In this document: piece by piece, positions 17,163-26,710 of the stretch | Layout of the letters: every line of letters starts with the position of its first letter | Position numbering within the stretch: the first letter of the stretch is position 1 | IMG/VR virus record: IMGVR_UViG_3300035698_021037 | Location: 1,903 to 65,902 of that record | DNA length: 64,000 bases | Source: a virus | Lineage: Duplodnaviria; Caudoviricetes | Strand: one strand, 5' to 3' | The notes under the pieces: generated by a model | What the model was told of the DNA's origin: nothing | Database searches by the model: none | What the model saw: only the letters and a program-made list of their open reading frames with translations | Translations under genes and position numbers: made by a program

Positions 17163-19907
17163 TTATATCGTTACGTTTTTCCACGCGCTTGAAACCCGCT
17201 CAAAGAACGATCGTTTAATAACCCAGCCGGATCCGTTATCCGCATCTTCGATATCCTCTACCAGCGCCTTTGATTTAATAAGCGATTGCGCGACATCGGA
17301 AAAGCTTGGATGCGGCAGCCCCAGTTTTTGAAGAGTGTGTAACAATTTTTTGCGTGAGATGTAAAGCAACTGATGCTCAGTATCGACCAAGATCGTTGCA
17401 TTACGTAATTCGGGCAAACTCCCATGCTTATACGCGTTATAAAATGCTTTATTGATTTTCTTGATCTCATTACGCCGGTACAGCTCGCAAAGAAGCAACA
17501 TCATACGTTCACCAACGGAGTACATTTCTGGTGCGATTGAAAGATACTTCATTATCGTTTCCGCTTCTTCGAAAACCTCACGGAAAGCAACCCCTTTGAA
17601 CTCATGCTCCAGCCACTTTCGCATACTGTGTAGCACATCAAAGGGGAAGATACCCCCCATCTCAATCTTGTAATCCCGTTCCTGCAGCCACCCGATATAT
17701 CGAAGCATCGCCGGCATGTTCAAAATATTACCCGCTTGCTGTGTTATTCCAGGTGAATGGATGAATAGCCAGGTTCCACACGCGGATACCGCGTACTGTT
17801 CCAGTATTCCCAATTTGGCGATGATGGGTCGTGTAACGCTGTTGGCCCACAGGCTAAGTCCCTTACCTCCCAAGACATCTTTATCGAAGTAACAAGGGAT
17901 GTCATGCGCCGACGCCTTTTCAATAAGAGAGTCGTGTATCGCAGCTTTTGATCTACTCGTCAGCACGTTTTGACCGAGCTTTACCAAATTCATGGAATCA
18001 ACAATCTTGTTGCCAATATAGACACCCGTATCGTTTTCTGTGCCCACCAGCCCTATTGGAATAAAAGGCGTATCAAAAACAGGAGCCAGCATGTTTGATA
18101 AGATAGTGGCCGAGGTGGCTAAGAATGTTGAAGAAGCCTTCGCATTTGAAATCCACGAATTCACAACATTGGAGTTCAGCGTCAACTGTGGCAGATAAAT
18201 GTTTCGAAATGGGAGATCTTTCTCAGGCTGTATGAGAAACACAGATCGGCCTTGAATGATTTTTCCATGCTGATAGGAGAAAGACGGGAATGTAAACGAT
18301 CCGTCCTTTTGCCATCCTATTCGGCCATCGGAGGACTCACTCGTAGGTGTATGAAATCTCTGTGCAATATTCATGAGTTTCTTTTCCCAGCCTCTCAAGA
18401 TGAACGGCTTCGGCCGACCTTTATCCATCATGAATCTAGTAAGCCAGCGGCCAGGATCCTTCTCGAAATCATCGTGTTCAGCTGTAAAGGTAAGATCAGG
18501 TTTGCCTTGAGACTGAATTATCCCTACAACATAGTGTTTACCGGTTGGACGATGATGCACGGTTTTTCTGATTTCCATATGAAAATCAGTAACCTGATAT
18601 GACTTCTTTCCTCGACGTGTAATGTACCATCCTGAGGGCTCGGCGCGTACTTCCATCGTAGACCAGCTTGTTCGTTTCACTTCGTCAACATGCCCAAGAC
18701 GAAGTTTCATTTCTCGCAGGTCGTGTCGCGCACAGTCATAGAGGATTTTTTCTGTCTCTCCCGCTGTAAGATTCATTTGCGTGAGAACAGTAGGGCAGTC
18801 ATTTTCAGGGATGCTGAGGAACCACGATTTGAACACGCGTTCCCACGGGGATGAATAACGATTCATCTTGTTCAAGATATCCATGGGCGCCATCTGACCG
18901 AGCATCTCTTCCATTGTCCTGGTTGTTGGTCTCGGCTTCATAGAGATGCATGAGTTTGCAACCATACGCGCCTGAATGAAAGTATCTACAGTAGGCTTAG
19001 GCTCCCATAAAATAACCTTCTGCGCACGTATGGACGACCAGGATCCTTCTGCCGTCAACCGATTATAAATAACCAAAGGAAGAGGTTTTGCCAGCGCATG
19101 GAAATGTTTTCTTTGCAGTTTTAGCCCAAGCCAAGGATCGTTGATCGCATAAACTACCCGCTCCTGATCACCAAGATCGTTGATCCAGGCGAGACCAGAG
19201 TCTACAGCTTCGGGATCATATCCATCGATAATGTATCGAATCTCGTGGTGTTTGGAGGCGAAGATGAAGGATCGTATTCTGCCGGGTAGATCATAATATG
19301 GAATGACCAGCGCATGCCGCATTCCTTTTGGAGATAGGCTTGCATTGGGGATATGATTCAGAATACCTTCTTGAGACAGCATTCCAATATAGTTATCCAT
19401 CCTACCTTTCCAGGCCCTCGTACTGGTTCCGCTCCATAGCCCCTTGTCCATCAATAGTTCTACCCACTCAGGCTGAACTCCTTTATCATATTCATGCCTG
19501 GAGTTTTCCCACAGCGCAATAGGACGTACCCTATTGATCTCATGCATACGCTGGTAGTAAGATATAGTATCGGGATCAAGAACAGAGCCTGGAAGCGAAA
19601 CAAGGCCCTCGGATTGCAGAATCCCCATAAGTCTTACAAGGCCTTTTGTTTCGCGAAGACGCTGGAAGAACCCAACGCCGTCAGAAGCGTAGCCACAAGA
19701 TCGACAATAGACCCAAGGACCCTGGTCAGACAATGAATCTTCTTGTGGATCTAGGAAAACTCTAAGTGACTTACCACTGTCATTACAAAACGGACAGACT
19801 GCAGGATGTGGAAAACCCGCTACGGTAGTCTTGACCCGTTCATTAAGCGCCTGTAAGATGGACTTAGCTGGTATAAGAGCATTTAGGTTTTGAATTGAGG
19901 ACGGCAT
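17163..19907 (-). CDS. large protein with primase-type Zn finger and DUF927-like region
   Basis: CPFC...CRSC N-terminus; LVIPYYDLPGRI primase-like segment; GRIGWQKDGSFTFP DUF927-like; no clear Toprim acidic motif or Walker A. Confidence 0.5.
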   Translation of the reverse strand: MPSSIQNLNALIPAKSILQALNERVKTTVAGFPHPAVCPFCNDSGKSLRVFLDPQEDSLSDQGPWVYCRSCGYASDGVGFFQRLRETKGLVRLMGILQSEGLVSLPGSVLDPDTISYYQRMHEINRVRPIALWENSRHEYDKGVQPEWVELLMDKGLWSGTSTRAWKGRMDNYIGMLSQEGILNHIPNASLSPKGMRHALVIPYYDLPGRIRSFIFASKHHEIRYIIDGYDPEAVDSGLAWINDLGDQERVVYAINDPWLGLKLQRKHFHALAKPLPLVIYNRLTAEGSWSSIRAQKVILWEPKPTVDTFIQARMVANSCISMKPRPTTRTMEEMLGQMAPMDILNKMNRYSSPWERVFKSWFLSIPENDCPTVLTQMNLTAGETEKILYDCARHDLREMKLRLGHVDEVKRTSWSTMEVRAEPSGWYITRRGKKSYQVTDFHMEIRKTVHHRPTGKHYVVGIIQSQGKPDLTFTAEHDDFEKDPGRWLTRFMMDKGRPKPFILRGWEKKLMNIAQRFHTPTSESSDGRIGWQKDGSFTFPSFSYQHGKIIQGRSVFLIQPEKDLPFRNIYLPQLTLNSNVVNSWISNAKASSTFLATSATILSNMLAPVFDTPFIPIGLVGTENDTGVYIGNKIVDSMNLVKLGQNVLTSRSKAAIHDSLIEKASAHDIPCYFDKDVLGGKGLSLWANSVTRPIIAKLGILEQYAVSACGTWLFIHSPGITQQAGNILNMPAMLRYIGWLQERDYKIEMGGIFPFDVLHSMRKWLEHEFKGVAFREVFEEAETIMKYLSIAPEMYSVGERMMLLLCELYRRNEIKKINKAFYNAYKHGSLPELRNATILVDTEHQLLYISRKKLLHTLQKLGLPHPSFSDVAQSLIKSKALVEDIEDADNGSGWVIKRSFFERVSSAWKNVTI

Positions 19908-19908
19908 T

Positions 19909-21015
19909 ATGACTCCAATTACCGATCAGTATGATGATGTTAACAGGCAACGGCTTCATCTACTTCTCAAGGTACACGAAGTTCCTCCTTTCGTCAAGCA
20001 ATCAGCTGATAAAGCGCTTGATACTCTTGAGGATGTCGCCCAGACAGTTTTTGCCTATCCTGTGCGACGCAAGTTTCCTTGTCACACAAAAGTAGCTACG
20101 TGGCTATCGACCGCATTCTTCCTTGATGAGAAACACAAACTGCCGGAGGACGAGGCCAGGTATGTTCGAGATCAGATTGAGAAAGCGGCCAACTATCACG
20201 GAATCGCTATGGAATTTCATGAACTTTGCGCTGATTTCGAAAAACGCTCAACCCCCTGGGATATCCCCGACGAACAGTTTGGTCTAGTTTATGAAATCGA
20301 CGGTATTGGTAAGCGCCGTTTATTTCCAGCGCACACTAAAGAAGCTTGCCTGAAGTCCATGGAAATGCTTTATACGCAAGCTGATAAGTTTCCTCTTATT
20401 GCTCGAAGACATGCTGCTCGTAACCTGATCAAATGTTCCACAGCCTTGAACATCACTGCGAACACCTCCGATATCTCTGAATGGATTGAGAAAGCGGCCG
20501 GCTACGGGATGTCATCGCCTAAGGAAGTTGGTGAGGGTTTTGCACAACGCGTTTATATGCTTGGAGAGAGACACAATGATATCAGAGAGAAGCTGGCGGA
20601 GATGGCGGTCGAAATAGGCGCTGCGGACAAGCTCAGTCATGCGCAGCTTGAGAAGGCGGCGTTCATTCTCGACGCGGTTGACCGCGACACGGGCATCTTC
20701 AGTCAATATCCCAATGGGCTGGACATGCCGGAAGAAGTTTGTTTCAACACTACAGAAAAACAGGCTGAAGATTCTCTCTTTGAGAACATTCAGCTGACCA
20801 ACGGCCATTATGTATCTCGTTCCTCGCTTCATGGCCTCCCCCTGGAAAAGATCTCTAAGGCGTTTGGAGACGACTTCCTAAACTCGGTTTTGGCTACCGA
20901 TGGAATGACGGTTGACTTTGAAAAGTTTGCTGAAATTCTTCCTACGCTACCAAGAGGTGACGCAGATCTCATTGAAAAACTTATGGATAGCGCAAACGTT
21001 AAAGCTTTAGGATAA
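19909..21015 (+). CDS. hypothetical protein, possibly head-associated
   Basis: GAGG RBS; two internal F...R.FP.HTK.A...S repeats (DUF6582-like by eye). Confidence 0.5.
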   Translation: MTPITDQYDDVNRQRLHLLLKVHEVPPFVKQSADKALDTLEDVAQTVFAYPVRRKFPCHTKVATWLSTAFFLDEKHKLPEDEARYVRDQIEKAANYHGIAMEFHELCADFEKRSTPWDIPDEQFGLVYEIDGIGKRRLFPAHTKEACLKSMEMLYTQADKFPLIARRHAARNLIKCSTALNITANTSDISEWIEKAAGYGMSSPKEVGEGFAQRVYMLGERHNDIREKLAEMAVEIGAADKLSHAQLEKAAFILDAVDRDTGIFSQYPNGLDMPEEVCFNTTEKQAEDSLFENIQLTNGHYVSRSSLHGLPLEKISKAFGDDFLNSVLATDGMTVDFEKFAEILPTLPRGDADLIEKLMDSANVKALG

Positions 21016-21026
21016 ATTCAAAGAGA

Positions 21027-21071
21027 ATCCGCGCGACGGTAACTTGGCTCTGTGAAAACCGCCGCGCGGAT
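21027..21071. promoter_or_regulatory. intergenic GC-rich hairpin
   Basis: ATCCGCGCGACGGT...ACCGCCGCGCGGAT between two plus-strand genes; no U-tract. Confidence 0.45.
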
Positions 21072-21089
21072 ATAAATGACGAGAATTGA

Positions 21090-21797
21090 ATGTCAACAGC
21101 CTTAGCCAAATCCCAATTCAAAGCCGCTCTTGAAAATCCAGATATGACAGCAACTGTTCTTATGGCTATCTTGCTGGATCGTTATGGTACCGAATTTCTA
21201 GAGTGGGAACCTGATACGCTGCGAATCCAGATTGCCGATGATTACGGGGCGAACCCGCCAGAAAACAACTGGGACAAGATTTGGGCCTGCGTGATGCTGT
21301 TGACTACGGATCTCTTTTATAACTCCCTAGAGGCCTTCAACTCGGTTTGCAACGCGCTTTCCGGGGAAGGGGCGCACTTTGACAAGTGGGAGCTCGCGGA
21401 GCCTGAAGAGATCATGTGGGGTGTTGCTGAGACTACATTGCTAGAGCCGCCTGAAAAAGGAAAGAAAAATCACGACTTCTCGCATGAGATCAGACAGTTT
21501 GTTGGTCTTGCGCTAGCTGAGTTTGGTATCTGGAGAACTCCGAAGCTCCTGCTTGGCATCGTCGAAAAACCCAATCTTACAGAAGACGCAACGAGCATCA
21601 ACTTCTCAGACGATCCGGCTATGCACGCGTCGTTCTTCAATAATCAGACGGCTATTCTGGCTGATCTTGAGGCGGGCGTCCATGAGCGTCTTGGAATGAT
21701 GTACGATCAGCTTCAGCTTCTTCCCTTTGAGACTGCTTCCTCTGAAGCTTTGCAATCTTTCCAACTGCCCGGAACACAGCAACTGGCAGCGCAATAG
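21090..21797 (+). CDS. hypothetical protein
   Basis: 235 aa acidic ORF. Confidence 0.6.
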   Translation: MSTALAKSQFKAALENPDMTATVLMAILLDRYGTEFLEWEPDTLRIQIADDYGANPPENNWDKIWACVMLLTTDLFYNSLEAFNSVCNALSGEGAHFDKWELAEPEEIMWGVAETTLLEPPEKGKKNHDFSHEIRQFVGLALAEFGIWRTPKLLLGIVEKPNLTEDATSINFSDDPAMHASFFNNQTAILADLEAGVHERLGMMYDQLQLLPFETASSEALQSFQLPGTQQLAAQ

Positions 21798-22209
21798 CGA
21801 CAGAAGTCAGGGGAGTATCTTCCGGATAACCGGACTCACAATCAACGAAATTCCACATGTCCCCGTCTAAAGTCACCCATCTATAATCGATAATCTGCAA
21901 TGTCGATACCGATACAGGTATAGGTTTTCCTCTTCCAATTTCTTTACCAATCAGAAACAGCTTATCTCGAAAATGCTTGATGAGCGCGTGTACGTCGGAC
22001 TGTGTAAATCCGACATTGATTAACAGGCGATAGAGAGACGCTATAAGGATTTCTGTCGCATTCAACGAAAGCTCTTCATATCCCGGCTTGAATATGTCGT
22101 GATCATGGTCGTAGACAATGGATAACCCTTGTCGTACATCATGCAGAGAAAAGCCTCCAGCAGTGATGAAGTCTTTAACTTTCTCTGAAATCATTACGCC
22201 GCCTGTCAT
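21652..22209 (-). CDS. hypothetical protein
   Basis: 185 aa ORF; convergent overlap with the previous gene. Confidence 0.5.
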   Translation of the reverse strand: MTGGVMISEKVKDFITAGGFSLHDVRQGLSIVYDHDHDIFKPGYEELSLNATEILIASLYRLLINVGFTQSDVHALIKHFRDKLFLIGKEIGRGKPIPVSVSTLQIIDYRWVTLDGDMWNFVDCESGYPEDTPLTSVAIALPVAVFRAVGKIAKLQRKQSQREEAEADRTSFQDAHGRPPQDQPE

Positions 22210-22490
22210 ATTCGACCTCGATGCAATGTGTATTCTTTCCTGAACATCAGCTCTTCCGCAGGGATCGACGCTCCCGGAGACGCCGCGACGCCCTCTTTGT
22301 TACATGGGTAGTGATCTCCACCCTCAAGCCCAGCCATGTCCATGCCGTGACTTAAGCGTTCTTTCCATACGAGAGCCCGCGCTTGCGCCGAGGTTACTTC
22401 GTCCAAACGTGGACCCTCAACGGTAACGATAAGATCGCTGTGCTCAAATCGCGTAGCTACAATTTTCAAGTCTTCCAGCGCCATCGTCAA
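22206..22490 (-). CDS. hypothetical protein
   Basis: 94 aa ORF with AGGAG RBS and ATGA coupling to the next gene. Confidence 0.55.
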   Translation of the reverse strand: MTMALEDLKIVATRFEHSDLIVTVEGPRLDEVTSAQARALVWKERLSHGMDMAGLEGGDHYPCNKEGVAASPGASIPAEELMFRKEYTLHRGRI

Positions 22491-22564
22491 CTCCTTTAGT
22501 AACTCTGCTTGTAACTATGTACACGCGCATACGTGTAGCGAATAGCTAAGAATGAGTCTAAAAT

Positions 22565-22590
22565 CTGGACCCTCTTCACAGAGGGCCCAG
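22565..22590 (-). terminator. GC-rich hairpin with short U-tract
   Basis: CTGGGCCCTCT-gtga-AGAGGGTCCAG followed by ATTTT on the minus strand. Confidence 0.6.
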
Positions 22591-22615
22591 TACCGTTCAG
22601 CACTAACCCTCAGAC

Positions 22616-22708
22616 CTACGAACAACCTCGTAGGCCGTCTACCATAAGGTAGATTATAATTATCCAACAAAGGATACTTATAACTTTGAATATCCTATAC
22701 AAACTCAT
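22616..22708 (-). CDS. 30-aa hydrophobic peptide, candidate type I toxin
   Basis: MSLYRIFKVISILCWIIIIYLMVDGLRGCS; GAGAG RBS 6 nt upstream, lying in a hairpin; alternative start at 22714. Confidence 0.5.
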   Translation of the reverse strand: MSLYRIFKVISILCWIIIIYLMVDGLRGCS

Positions 22709-22795
22709 TTGCATCTCTCAATAAGTGGAGAAATGCACAGCTGCGGACTCCAATATATAGTAACGCGAGAGGAAACGTAAATAAAGAAATGAGAG

Positions 22796-23077
22796 TTACA
22801 GCGTCTGTTTCTTTACTAGGCCTCGACTAAGCTGAACAACCTCAAATTCCTTTACCCCGAGAATCTCCTTGAGACGATTGCGACGGTCGTTCGGCATTGA
22901 TTGTATAGCCTGCTTTGTCTGTTGTAAGATCCTCTCTCGTTGCTTCCCTCGTTTACACTTACAAGGTTTTGGACGTTTCAAATCTCGCCATAGAGATGTA
23001 AAGGTTGGAAATTCCTTACGAACGCGTGGGTTATCCAAGATACCCGCTAGAACCTGCGCCGATAGAAAAAGAGCCAT
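22796..23077 (-). CDS. small basic hypothetical protein
   Basis: 93 aa, KPCKCKR motif; GGAG RBS. Confidence 0.55.
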   Translation of the reverse strand: MALFLSAQVLAGILDNPRVRKEFPTFTSLWRDLKRPKPCKCKRGKQRERILQQTKQAIQSMPNDRRNRLKEILGVKEFEVVQLSRGLVKKQTL

Positions 23078-23090
23078 TTATCATAATCTC

Positions 23091-23609
23091 CTATGAGGAG
23101 GAGGAGGAGGAAGAAGATTCTACGTATGCGCTACTTGAGGAGGAGGAGGAGGAGTAGGAGGAATAACTTGACGAGGAGCTAGAACTTCCAAAGAAAACCT
23201 CTTCCTGTAACTCCAGGTCATCCATACGATCGAGACCCGTAACCAACGCGGCTACCTCTTCCTGAATATACTCCCATACTTCGTTAGCGTCTTCCAAATT
23301 ACGAAGAACAAGATCAGCGGAAGATAAGCGGAAAAACGGTCGGCCTGTTTCATTCGGCGCATTTTCCGGATACTCCTCCATATCGGCCGGAGACGCTACA
23401 TTTGTAAATTCATCCCTAGGTTCTGTTTCTCCAGCTCCGGCAGAGAAGCGACGAAAAACAAATATTGAAGAACTCATCCAATAAGCAGATGTAACCGTCA
23501 CAACCATGCGATAGCCTTGAAGAGCATTCCTATCGTAGCGTACAGGTACGCTTCTACTCAAACGTATAGATCTGTACGGCCACGCGGAAGATGAAGAAGA
23601 CGAAGCCAT
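23091..23609 (-). CDS. hypothetical protein with poly-Ser at both termini
   Basis: MASSSSSS start and a Ser-rich C-terminus of about 30 residues; AAGGA RBS. Confidence 0.65.
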   Translation of the reverse strand: MASSSSSSAWPYRSIRLSRSVPVRYDRNALQGYRMVVTVTSAYWMSSSIFVFRRFSAGAGETEPRDEFTNVASPADMEEYPENAPNETGRPFFRLSSADLVLRNLEDANEVWEYIQEEVAALVTGLDRMDDLELQEEVFFGSSSSSSSYSSYSSSSSSSSAYVESSSSSSSS

Positions 23610-23667
23610 TTCATTTCCTTTCCAACGCCGCTACTTATTCTCGCCAGACTTCTCTGTGCTCTGTTTG

Positions 23668-23676
23668 ATTATAGCA
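23668..23676 (-). promoter_or_regulatory. extended -10 promoter element
   Basis: TGcTATAAT about 58 nt upstream of the ATG at 23609; -35 element is weak. Confidence 0.45.
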
Positions 23677-23693
23677 CGGCTAGGAACGCACAG

Positions 23694-24980
23694 TTAGGCC
23701 TCTGGATACTCTTCGTGAGTGCCACGCCTGTTTTTACGCCCTTCCGCATCAGGGATGATACCGTCGTAGTACCAATCGAGTTTATACCCGTGCTGTCGAA
23801 GAGCTTCGCCCAGCGCCGCATCCCCACCATTATGGTTAAGACGTTTATCCGGCCAATCCAGTTCTTTGACAACCGTAGCGTCCATTGCGAACCATGCCCC
23901 AAGAATAAAGTCCACCTTCTTATAGCCTTTGGCGCGCATTCGCTCATCCGGATGATCAGCAAACGGAATACATTTGAACCAAGAAGCCCGCTGCATCCAC
24001 TTTTGATATCCCTGCGTGACGTGTACGTAGAGAGGTTTTCCATAGCAAGCGTAGCCTTGAGGGCGTCTATTGGAAATACGATGAGACAACTTTTGCAACC
24101 AATCACCTTCCTTGACATATGAATCGTCATCAAACCAGACGATCCAGGGTGAGACGTTGTCGGCGAACATCTTACGCATGAGAGGATACTTGTTGACGTT
24201 TTTGGGCTCGATATAGATCTTGACATCATCTACTTGTGTCTTTATTGTTTCAAGCCACGTCAATGTCTCCTGACAGACTTCGTTACAGCCGATACGCAAC
24301 GCGTAGGAGCCTGGTGGAGTATTAGCGATGATACTGGAGACGCAACGGAAATGAAGGTTGGTAAAGTTTCCGTAAAGCAGAACGTAGATCTCCACAGGCG
24401 GTAAGATATGTTTAAGCTCAGGATAGGTCTGTAGCAGCGTTACTGTATCCGGACCACCTGTTCGTTGCTGTACTTGATTCTCAGATTGAACTACCGGAGT
24501 AGAAGAAACAACCAACGGAGGAAGTTGATTCAACGCTTCTTCTCCTTGCTTTCTCATAATTTCTTCTTCACCTTTACGCGCAGCGCTAACTTCTTGCCAT
24601 GAAACTCCTTTTTTATCCATAGGCTTCTTGGTGATCACTACTCCAGATTCAAGTCGTACCTGATCTGGATATTCCGAACGCGCGCATTCCGCACAAAGCA
24701 CACGCCGCCGGCCGATGTCCCAGAAGCTCTCCTTTGTTTTCAAAGGTTTTCCACACTTACCGCAAGGCTGCTCACCTGTCTCGAGTGGCCTATTGACAGG
24801 TACAAGCTTCCCGGCCTCGGACGGAGAATCCAACTCTCCCAGTCTTTTGGACGCGCAATCGGCGCATACGATCGTCAGATTACCCATGTCACGATACGCG
24901 TTTCCTCGAATATCCTTGGAACATCCCGCGCACACCGCTGTGTCTTCAGAAGCTATCCTAAAAGATTCCAAGCTACCCAT
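23694..24980 (-). CDS. GT-A (GT2-like) glycosyltransferase with N-terminal Zn fingers
   Basis: Four CxxC motifs, then WIVWFDDDSYV (DxD) and HNGGD; start at ATG 24980, coupled to the upstream stop. Confidence 0.75.
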   Translation of the reverse strand: MGSLESFRIASEDTAVCAGCSKDIRGNAYRDMGNLTIVCADCASKRLGELDSPSEAGKLVPVNRPLETGEQPCGKCGKPLKTKESFWDIGRRRVLCAECARSEYPDQVRLESGVVITKKPMDKKGVSWQEVSAARKGEEEIMRKQGEEALNQLPPLVVSSTPVVQSENQVQQRTGGPDTVTLLQTYPELKHILPPVEIYVLLYGNFTNLHFRCVSSIIANTPPGSYALRIGCNEVCQETLTWLETIKTQVDDVKIYIEPKNVNKYPLMRKMFADNVSPWIVWFDDDSYVKEGDWLQKLSHRISNRRPQGYACYGKPLYVHVTQGYQKWMQRASWFKCIPFADHPDERMRAKGYKKVDFILGAWFAMDATVVKELDWPDKRLNHNGGDAALGEALRQHGYKLDWYYDGIIPDAEGRKNRRGTHEEYPEA

Positions 24981-25524
24981 CGGTTTTTTCTCCTTCTTCT
25001 TCTTCTGTTTTCGCCCTATAATAACGAAGACTGTCATAGAGATCCGCCATGCCTAGCTCTCCGGCGGTACGGAGTAACATCGCTTCCATCTTTCCATCGT
25101 AACCCCAACGAGTTCTACCTGCTGAAATGGATTCAATAATCTTGCCTTTACTGATTTTACGTGTAGCCGCTTTCCAATCACAGAGCATCTCAATGAGCTG
25201 CAAGAATGACGCGCGCTCAAAGAATTTAGTTTCGTGCTCTGGGTGGTGATCATTGAATTCATAGTGATGATCAAGCGCAGGTTTCATCTTACGTAGATTA
25301 TCTTTGTACTCCTTGCTGAGATACTCTATATGCTTTAACTTCCGAGTATACTGAGAAAAAATAGGCCACTCTCCCTCACCAAACTTCGAAAGGTCATGGG
25401 TTATTGCTCGCCATATAAGCTTCCAGCAAACATTGACGATGTAATAGAGAACCCAGAACTTATGTGACATGATGGAGAACCTTGCATGGATGCTAAACAT
25501 TCTCTTCCTCTTCCTTGCTTTCAA
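24973..25524 (-). CDS. HD-like metal-binding protein (DUF5662-like)
   Basis: HDLSK, HHYEFNDHHPEH, EMLCDW. Confidence 0.7.
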   Translation of the reverse strand: MKARKRKRMFSIHARFSIMSHKFWVLYYIVNVCWKLIWRAITHDLSKFGEGEWPIFSQYTRKLKHIEYLSKEYKDNLRKMKPALDHHYEFNDHHPEHETKFFERASFLQLIEMLCDWKAATRKISKGKIIESISAGRTRWGYDGKMEAMLLRTAGELGMADLYDSLRYYRAKTEEEEGEKTDG

Positions 25525-25676
25525 CGATTTTTATTGGGTGGTCCGTATCAACTAGCTTAAGCGTAGTCTCTTACCTATTTTTACAACCAAACAACAAATG
25601 CAATCCAGAGGATATGCAAGTCGCCAATCAGATGCGCGTAGATCCAGTGCAGTTGATTCTTACCTCTGTAATGGCG

Positions 25677-26684
25677 TTACTTACCTGGGAAGGTCAAGAT
25701 ACCATCCTCGTAGTAGCTCATAACGCATTTGTAAACCAGCTCAGGCTCAATCATTGCGAGACAGCTAGGTATAATCGCTCCGTTATCCAAGAAAGGCGCC
25801 TTACACTTCTCTTTCTCTTTATCAGATACGATCTTGCTCTTCCAACATCCACCTATCTTGCAGCACTCAAGCTGACCACAGGTATGAATAAAACGATGAG
25901 GGATGAAAAGATCCGGCGTTTGAGGTTTCCAGCCTGGAATGCCTCGGCGCATGTTGACTTCACGATTGTTCTCTGTATAAGCCTCCCACCACCACGGCTC
26001 CCTCCCGCCAGCTACAACGACGCAGGGACGGTTAAATGCGGCCGCGATATGCATTAGACAAGTCACTACGCTCATAACACCGTCTGAGTGATAGATAAGC
26101 TTCATCAGATCCCTGAAGCGTGTCTTACCTACCAAATCAATGGCCCCCTTCATGCGTGGATGACAGTGGCCACTATCGCCTACCTGAACGCAGAGAATAT
26201 TTTGCTCGGCCAGCATATCAACAACGCGTTGCCATCTAGCAGGGTTCCACCACTTAGCGGTGAAATCATATTTACCTCCGGAAGCCATCACCCAGTAGTT
26301 CTCCTGGAACGGCCTCTCAGTCTTCTCCTCATCCGTAAGGTGTAGATCCGGCCGAAACTCTGTCAGCACCACCTTCTCGCTACCCTGTGAGCCGTCTAGA
26401 CCAAGCTTGACGTTCATATCGTCGATGAAGCCCCACATGAAATGAACACGTTCTTGATTAGAGTGGTGGATAAGCGGGTAATTCATCTTGATGGCACGAG
26501 GTTTTGGGGTATCAGGTAGAACGTCCACGATATATGGGTTACCTCGCCATATATCCTTCGTGACGGTTTTTATTGCAATTTGATACTTATTTGGGTGTCG
26601 TCTAACCAAATCTCGAATAGCTGCAGACATGACGACAAAGTCTCCAGGACTTTGTTTGTTGAACAAAAGAATAGGTTCTGGCAT
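25677..26684 (-). CDS. GT9 (ADP-heptose:LPS heptosyltransferase-like) glycosyltransferase
   Basis: PGDFVV, KWW...W, DLVGKT, MHIAAAFNRPCVVV, C-terminal Cys cluster and CL..I.P. Confidence 0.8.
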   Translation of the reverse strand: MPEPILLFNKQSPGDFVVMSAAIRDLVRRHPNKYQIAIKTVTKDIWRGNPYIVDVLPDTPKPRAIKMNYPLIHHSNQERVHFMWGFIDDMNVKLGLDGSQGSEKVVLTEFRPDLHLTDEEKTERPFQENYWVMASGGKYDFTAKWWNPARWQRVVDMLAEQNILCVQVGDSGHCHPRMKGAIDLVGKTRFRDLMKLIYHSDGVMSVVTCLMHIAAAFNRPCVVVAGGREPWWWEAYTENNREVNMRRGIPGWKPQTPDLFIPHRFIHTCGQLECCKIGGCWKSKIVSDKEKEKCKAPFLDNGAIIPSCLAMIEPELVYKCVMSYYEDGILTFPGK

Positions 26685-26710
26685 GATTCCTCCTTATTGT
26701 GGTTGTTTCG

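Noticed and set aside
25515-26057. 180-aa plus-strand ORF
   Set aside because: Mostly antisense to the GT9 gene, with no recognisable motif.
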